From contig JAWAQK010000040.1 in assembly GCA_038893995.1 (NCBI GenBank), positions 2,347 to 23,112 of the forward strand: DNA of 20,766 nt, in the 5' to 3' direction. This DNA is from Candidatus Thorarchaeota archaeon (lineage in GTDB: Archaea; Asgardarchaeota; Thorarchaeia; Thorarchaeales; Thorarchaeaceae). The notes beneath the pieces were generated by a model. That model worked only from the letters and a program-made list of their open reading frames with translations, was not told the DNA's origin and made no database searches. The position numbers and the translations under genes are program-made. Below, piece after piece: positions 17,001 to 20,766 of the stretch (positions are counted from its first letter, which is position 1; the number at the start of each line of letters is the position of its first letter).

Positions 17001-17142
17001 CCTCCTGCTGGTAGTCAAACAGGGTGATCGAGTCCGAGAAATGAGACAGGTCGATCCTCAACCACTCTGTCGGAATCGACTCGTAAGCAATCCCCTGTGC
17101 TATCTCCTGGTACAGCAGGGGTATTCTCTCTGAGACCGGCAT
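14098..17142 (-). CDS. res: Type III restriction enzyme Res subunit (SF2 helicase-like ATPase + PD-(D/E)xK nuclease)
   Basis: Q-motif LFDYQQEAL, Walker A MATGSGKT, LLDEAH, FSAT, EGWD, QSIGRGVR, and C-terminal FRPDF...VDPKG. Lies 1 bp downstream of mod. Confidence 0.93.
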   Translation of the reverse strand: MPVSERIPLLYQEIAQGIAYESIPTEWLRIDLSHFSDSITLFDYQQEALVNAVKLLHYYYGSLRRYKETETELDSIERKRLLFNELRKSEPHLVDSMGIQSGRNRRLFNRLRQYYQVLQSGGQERVQFLNFVNRMSFWMATGSGKTMVLIKLVELLDRLREARLIPYNDILILTHRDDLIEQIEHHVREFNRGATRPVMLWELDRYDEVKSSNSLLFPDAVHVFMYRSDLISDETKEKLLGFEDVENDGRWYVLLDEAHKGDKEDSKRQVFYSIMTRNGFLFNFSATFTDPWDILTTVYNFNLDTFIREGYGKNVYLSQQELTAFGDRTDFSSREKQKIVLKSLLLLTILRMAKHNVSERVGRTHYHSPLLVALVNSVNIEESDLELFFREIERFATGRTDGSLLEEARKELVDEFSGQPRFVFGGGRVAIDTRRLMQAGSREILEYVFNASSFGNIEVIRLPQNTEELVFKLKTSERPFALIKIGDISTWLRDKLTGYEMSDAYETVSVFREISHGNDSVSILMGSRAFYEGWDSNRPNVMVFINIGKGDARKYVTQSIGRGVRIEPIRGRRKRLLPLRREGDADAKDMLSKLDQTDVSLMETLFVLGTSRNNVQDILESIRYEREASGEVIELRENERARERELLIPVYRDVGRVMPPSELPRFEGNRELLTRFFDWIGDDRLIHAIFSHENRLTQQTVRKMREYLRDGNFLPSDDGDLFLQVSRLMRHVNVTMQELDRFQRLADEIVHFKRIRVTLEPEKLSRLQEKIVKVQEYRNLSEKEEELKRMLEQRRIGIDEYTAEIKRLSRESGEDVFVADGSTLKIKYVANHYYLPMILSEREKERYVSHIVTVESERKFLEQVEEAIRRGDGPLGRFDWWMFCKIDEHLDDVYVPYYNRANNRIEKFRPDFIFWLRKGSRYTIVLVDPKGTRHTDYEYKVDGYRLIFEDGSGKREFVWADLTVCVHLFLFTDDENRLPAGYRKYWFDSFEGMMRRLEETHSSLQAATSTALDP

Positions 17143-17143
17143 C

Positions 17144-19645
17144 TCACCACCAGAGCAGGGGTCTGATCACTCTGAAGTCCAGATCTTCGAAGGTCACTGT
17201 CTGACCGTCCTTGAAGACAACTGCATATCTCTCTATCTTCTTTATCCCCTTCCCTGTCAGGTTGGACAGAGTCTCGGCCACGTCTATATTGGGGTATACC
17301 CTTGACAAGTCAATAGTGACCCTGTCGTTCCTCTCGTCAATCTCCATCGCCTCAAGTAGCTTGAGGTCCTTCAGAAATACGTACTGTTGATAGATACTCC
17401 TGTCAGAGAAACCCACAAGCGGATCACTGGGTCTGTAGACTGCCCTTCTCAGGGTCTGTTCGTACTGTTCTAGATCGTAATACTTGAAGAATCCACCCGC
17501 GGCGTTCTCGTTGTACCTCTGTCTGACGTCCTTCTCGGTCGAGATGCCTGACCTATCGTAGGCCAGGACTCTCTTCATCCGCGGCAGGACAACGCTGTAG
17601 AGATGCTCCCCCATCTCTATGCCGATCCATTTTCTACCGAGCTTATGTGCCACTGCCACAGTGGTACCCGAACCCAGGAAGAAATCGAGAACCAGGTCAC
17701 CTCTGTCCGAGGTCGACTCTATGACCCGCTTGAGGAGGATCTCGGAGTTCTCGGTGGAGAAGTTCCAACCAGAGGAATAGCCCGGAATATCGGTCCAGTT
17801 CGAGTCTATCTGTTTCTCCTCTGTGGGAGGCAACAGGTACTCGACTCTCACCCTGTCCCTGTTGCCACAGTCCGGACATCCCGACCAGGACCCCGATGTG
17901 TGGATGCGACCACATTCTCTACATACTATCCTGATCTTTCCATCGGCCTCCATCTGTTCGATGTTCGACTGCCCGTAGGTCCAGTGCCTTCCTCTGGGTG
18001 GTTCGAGCAGGTATCCGAAGATACGCAATGGTTGACCCTGCCCCTGTGAGTCCATTGCATGCCACCTCTCACCTCTCGGAGACGGCAGTCTCTTGAATAT
18101 CAGACTGAAGTGAGGCTCGCTGGACTTGGAGTACAGATAGAGCGAGTCCGTAGCGGCATTGAACCTCGTCACCTTCGGGTCCTGCTTGCTTATCCTGGAC
18201 ACCACTATCTCGTTCCTGAAGTTCTCCTCCCCGAAAATCTGATTCATCAGAAGTCTGACGAACATATTACCGTTGTAGTCGCACCTGACAAACATGCTAC
18301 CCCTACTACAGAGCATCTCTCTGGCAAGGACAATCCGGTTCTCAAGAAGCGTTATCCAGTTGGCATCCTTGTAGTTCACGTTGTACAGAAAGTCCGCATC
18401 TGTCCCGAGGTTGAAGGGTGGATCGATGTAGATTGTCTGTACTCTCTCTCTGAACTTCGGCAATATCGTCCTCAGGGCCTGATAGTTCTCTGAGTGAATC
18501 AGCCATCCGTCGAGTTCCTCGTCAAGATCGTCGAACAGAGATAGGATCTCAGACTTGATGTCTTGGTCAAAGTACTTTGTGTCTATTGGCAGAAACCGGT
18601 ACTCCCTGTTGAGTTCCTTGCCCTCTGGTGTCATCACGATGAGACTCTCGCGATCGAACTCCTCAAGCAGTCCAAGTTCTCTCCACTCCTTCTCCTGCTC
18701 TGCAAAGCCTCTATGCCGAACTATCCTGTCGACCAGGCTGATATCTCTCTCTGCAATCTTGTCCAACGTGATCACATAGTTGCTGTTCAGGACAAACTTT
18801 GGCTTGTTCCAGATCTTCACGAGTTCGTCCTCAAACTGAGCGACAAAATCGATCACCCTGTGAGCTATGTCCTTCAGTGTCTTCAGTTGCCTGAGCCTCT
18901 TCTCTGAGAAGTCACTCTCATCGTCGAACAGGTAGTTCTTCAGCCAGAGGTCAAACTGCTCCTTCAGGAACGCACGCGCATTCTTGTTTATGAAGAAATC
19001 AACCTCGTTCTGTTTCTCAAAAGTCCTGAATATACTGCCGAGGCGCTCATCGTCTATAGGTATATGCGCTCTCTTCAGCTCGCGTAGTATCTCATCCACT
19101 CTTGTGGTCCTTCCTCTCTCAGAGTATAGGACAGAAAACACGATCTCTCGGTCAGTGACGCTCTTCAGTTCGTAGACCAAGAGTCTCTTCTCATTACCCC
19201 TCTTGTGTTCAAGCCTAGAGACATCAAAGACGACCCTATACCTGACACTCTGTTCCTCGAACTCGATGTTCAGATTGTGCCAGAGCCTGTCGGTCTTCAC
19301 GTAGTAGAGCATGTGGGTCTTCCAGAACAGTGCGACATCCTTCTGGTTAGTATAGACTCTCTCATACAGGTTCGATTTCAGGGGGGTGTAGCTGAAGTAG
19401 ATACTGCCTGACTCTGAGAAGTAGGTCTTGAAGAAGTCGTAGAGCCTTCGGAACATCTCCTCTCTAAACTCTGGGAATTCTCTCGTTCTATCATCGATCT
19501 CGCTACAGAGTTCTCTGAAAATCGAGTCGAAATACGCCGACTTGATCCTCATCAGATTGATGAATCCTGACTCTCCCTCTATCTTCGCGCCTACGAATAT
19601 GTCCTTGAGCCTATCAAAGAACAGTTTCTCACTCTGACCCACCAC
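17144..19645 (-). CDS. mod: Type III R-M Mod subunit (beta-class adenine DNA methyltransferase)
   Basis: Motif IV IYIDPPFN precedes the variable region and motif I VLDFFLGSGTT...LGRKWIGIE. Long N-terminal extension. GTG start with GGTGA upstream. Confidence 0.94.
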   Translation of the reverse strand: MVGQSEKLFFDRLKDIFVGAKIEGESGFINLMRIKSAYFDSIFRELCSEIDDRTREFPEFREEMFRRLYDFFKTYFSESGSIYFSYTPLKSNLYERVYTNQKDVALFWKTHMLYYVKTDRLWHNLNIEFEEQSVRYRVVFDVSRLEHKRGNEKRLLVYELKSVTDREIVFSVLYSERGRTTRVDEILRELKRAHIPIDDERLGSIFRTFEKQNEVDFFINKNARAFLKEQFDLWLKNYLFDDESDFSEKRLRQLKTLKDIAHRVIDFVAQFEDELVKIWNKPKFVLNSNYVITLDKIAERDISLVDRIVRHRGFAEQEKEWRELGLLEEFDRESLIVMTPEGKELNREYRFLPIDTKYFDQDIKSEILSLFDDLDEELDGWLIHSENYQALRTILPKFRERVQTIYIDPPFNLGTDADFLYNVNYKDANWITLLENRIVLAREMLCSRGSMFVRCDYNGNMFVRLLMNQIFGEENFRNEIVVSRISKQDPKVTRFNAATDSLYLYSKSSEPHFSLIFKRLPSPRGERWHAMDSQGQGQPLRIFGYLLEPPRGRHWTYGQSNIEQMEADGKIRIVCRECGRIHTSGSWSGCPDCGNRDRVRVEYLLPPTEEKQIDSNWTDIPGYSSGWNFSTENSEILLKRVIESTSDRGDLVLDFFLGSGTTVAVAHKLGRKWIGIEMGEHLYSVVLPRMKRVLAYDRSGISTEKDVRQRYNENAAGGFFKYYDLEQYEQTLRRAVYRPSDPLVGFSDRSIYQQYVFLKDLKLLEAMEIDERNDRVTIDLSRVYPNIDVAETLSNLTGKGIKKIERYAVVFKDGQTVTFEDLDFRVIRPLLWW

Positions 19646-19675
19646 TCTTCACCCTGCTCTCTCGACTACCTCAGT

Positions 19676-19704
19676 TCTTCCGCCTGCAGGCGAAGATGTA
19701 TAGA
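19676..19704 (-). promoter_or_regulatory. Palindrome and TATA-like element upstream of mod
   Basis: Perfect 12-bp palindrome CGCCTGCAGGCG (19681-19692) with TCTT/AAGA arms; minus-strand TCTATACA at 19704-19697. Confidence 0.3.
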
Positions 19705-20021
19705 GTACTGACTTACTGGTGCCACCTGACAGTCCAATCACCCGGATCAGGCGGATACAGGTCTGAGCCCTACCCAGAGCATGTGTCGAAGTTGACTTCT
19801 GCATGGGCGGACCAGATGGGCGTGGTCCCATCTCTAATCGTCTTGAGTGTAGACCACGCGCTCACTTTAGTGTATTGTGTGAACTACTGTGACTGACGTA
19901 CTCTTGTCGATTGCATGCTACCCCCTGATGCATTCGACCTGTGGGCCGCTCTGGGCTCTTCCGTCAAGTTCTTCGGCTCCTCTGAACGCTGGTCGGGTAG
20001 GCACAGCGAGATCCAGGTCAA

Positions 20022-20766
20022 TCAGTCTCTGAAGTTACCTGTCTTCAGCCTCTCTGCAATAGTCTGGGCCAATTGACGTAGTGCCTGCTCTTCCTCCGCC
20101 GTAGGTCTGGCTCTTGCCTCTACTACTGGTTCGATGAGTTCGAGCCGTAGGTCTTCAGTGAGAGTCTTCCTTATCTTCTTCACTCCGCCTCCGCCCCATC
20201 CGAACGTTCCAAATAGACCGATTGGCCTCTTTGGAAAGCGTTTTCCCTCTATCTCATTCACGAATGCCCATATCTTGGGGAATGGATAGGCATCGTAAGT
20301 GGGCGTTCCAATGACAAGGACCCCCGCATGAACCGCGTCAGTCAACACCCGACTGATGTCACTGTAGCTCACATTGTGTACCCTTACCTGGACCCCGAGC
20401 CCCGTCAGTTCCCTCTTCAGCCTGATTGCCAGTCTGTGGCAGTAGCCGTACATGCTTGCGTATACTATCGCGCAGTATCTCTCCAGCTCTGGCCTGGTCC
20501 ACCTGTCGTAGCGTTCGACTATCCACATGGGATCCTTCCTATAGACAGGTCCATGACTTGGAGCAATTATCTGGATGGGGATATTGAGCTGCCTCACCTT
20601 TGCCAATGCCTGCTGTACGAACTTGAAGTAGCTAGTGATGATCACGGAGAGATACCTCTTGCTCTCACTCTCCACCATCCTAAGGTCGATCTCGTCATCG
20701 AATATCTTGCCATTGAGCGCACCGAATGCACCGAACGCATCACAAGAGAACAATGCCCTGTCTTCA
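20022..20766 (-). CDS. fprA: Flavodiiron protein (FprA/ROO family O2/NO reductase), C-terminal part; 5' end outside the window
   Basis: LFSCDAFG and IAPSHGP (metallo-beta-lactamase-like diiron domain); flavodoxin motifs YASMYG, GTPTY, FGTFGWGGG. The frame stays open to the window edge. Confidence 0.94.
   Translation of the reverse strand, partial: EDRALFSCDAFGAFGALNGKIFDDEIDLRMVESESKRYLSVIITSYFKFVQQALAKVRQLNIPIQIIAPSHGPVYRKDPMWIVERYDRWTRPELERYCAIVYASMYGYCHRLAIRLKRELTGLGVQVRVHNVSYSDISRVLTDAVHAGVLVIGTPTYDAYPFPKIWAFVNEIEGKRFPKRPIGLFGTFGWGGGGVKKIRKTLTEDLRLELIEPVVEARARPTAEEEQALRQLAQTIAERLKTGNFRD

Noticed and set aside
18442-19386. Phase-variable simple repeats in mod ((CT)5 at 18442-18451, G6 at 19381-19386)
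   Set aside because: Too short for typical phase variation, and the ORF is intact.
229-19411. Remaining short ORFs in the track nested in or antisense to the long genes
   Set aside because: Shadow ORFs expected at this GC content; no independent motifs.
19649-19896. Short ORFs upstream of mod as a controller (C) protein
   Set aside because: Neither translation shows an HTH pattern.

Overview
Archaeal window, most likely Asgard (Thorarchaeota-like). This is inferred from gene content: an Ig-repeat surface protein, large tandem wHTH/Lrp-like hypotheticals, a V4R protein, a CPxC...H...H + wHTH protein and a geranylgeranyl reductase. From left to right: (1) the 3' part of a large membrane-anchored Ig-like repeat protein; (2) an unannotated three-gene minus-strand module, made of a 66-aa Pro/Asp-rich tandem-repeat micropeptide (3x PPLSPTIPDDPF plus one diverged copy, encoded by a 42-bp repeat), a palindrome-rich spacer and two ~600-690-aa apparent paralogues; (3) rubrerythrin; (4) a four-gene polar amino acid ABC transporter; (5) a geranylgeranyl reductase-family flavoprotein; (6) a Zn-finger/wHTH + V4R gene pair; (7) a complete Type III restriction-modification system whose Mod carries a CxxC...CxxC insert; (8) the 3' part of a flavodiiron protein (FprA). 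No rRNA, tRNA, CRISPR array, transposase or integrase was seen. The best candidate for an undescribed system is the micropeptide + paralogue-pair module at 2597-6966. All assignments are by-eye motif recognition; no database search was run.
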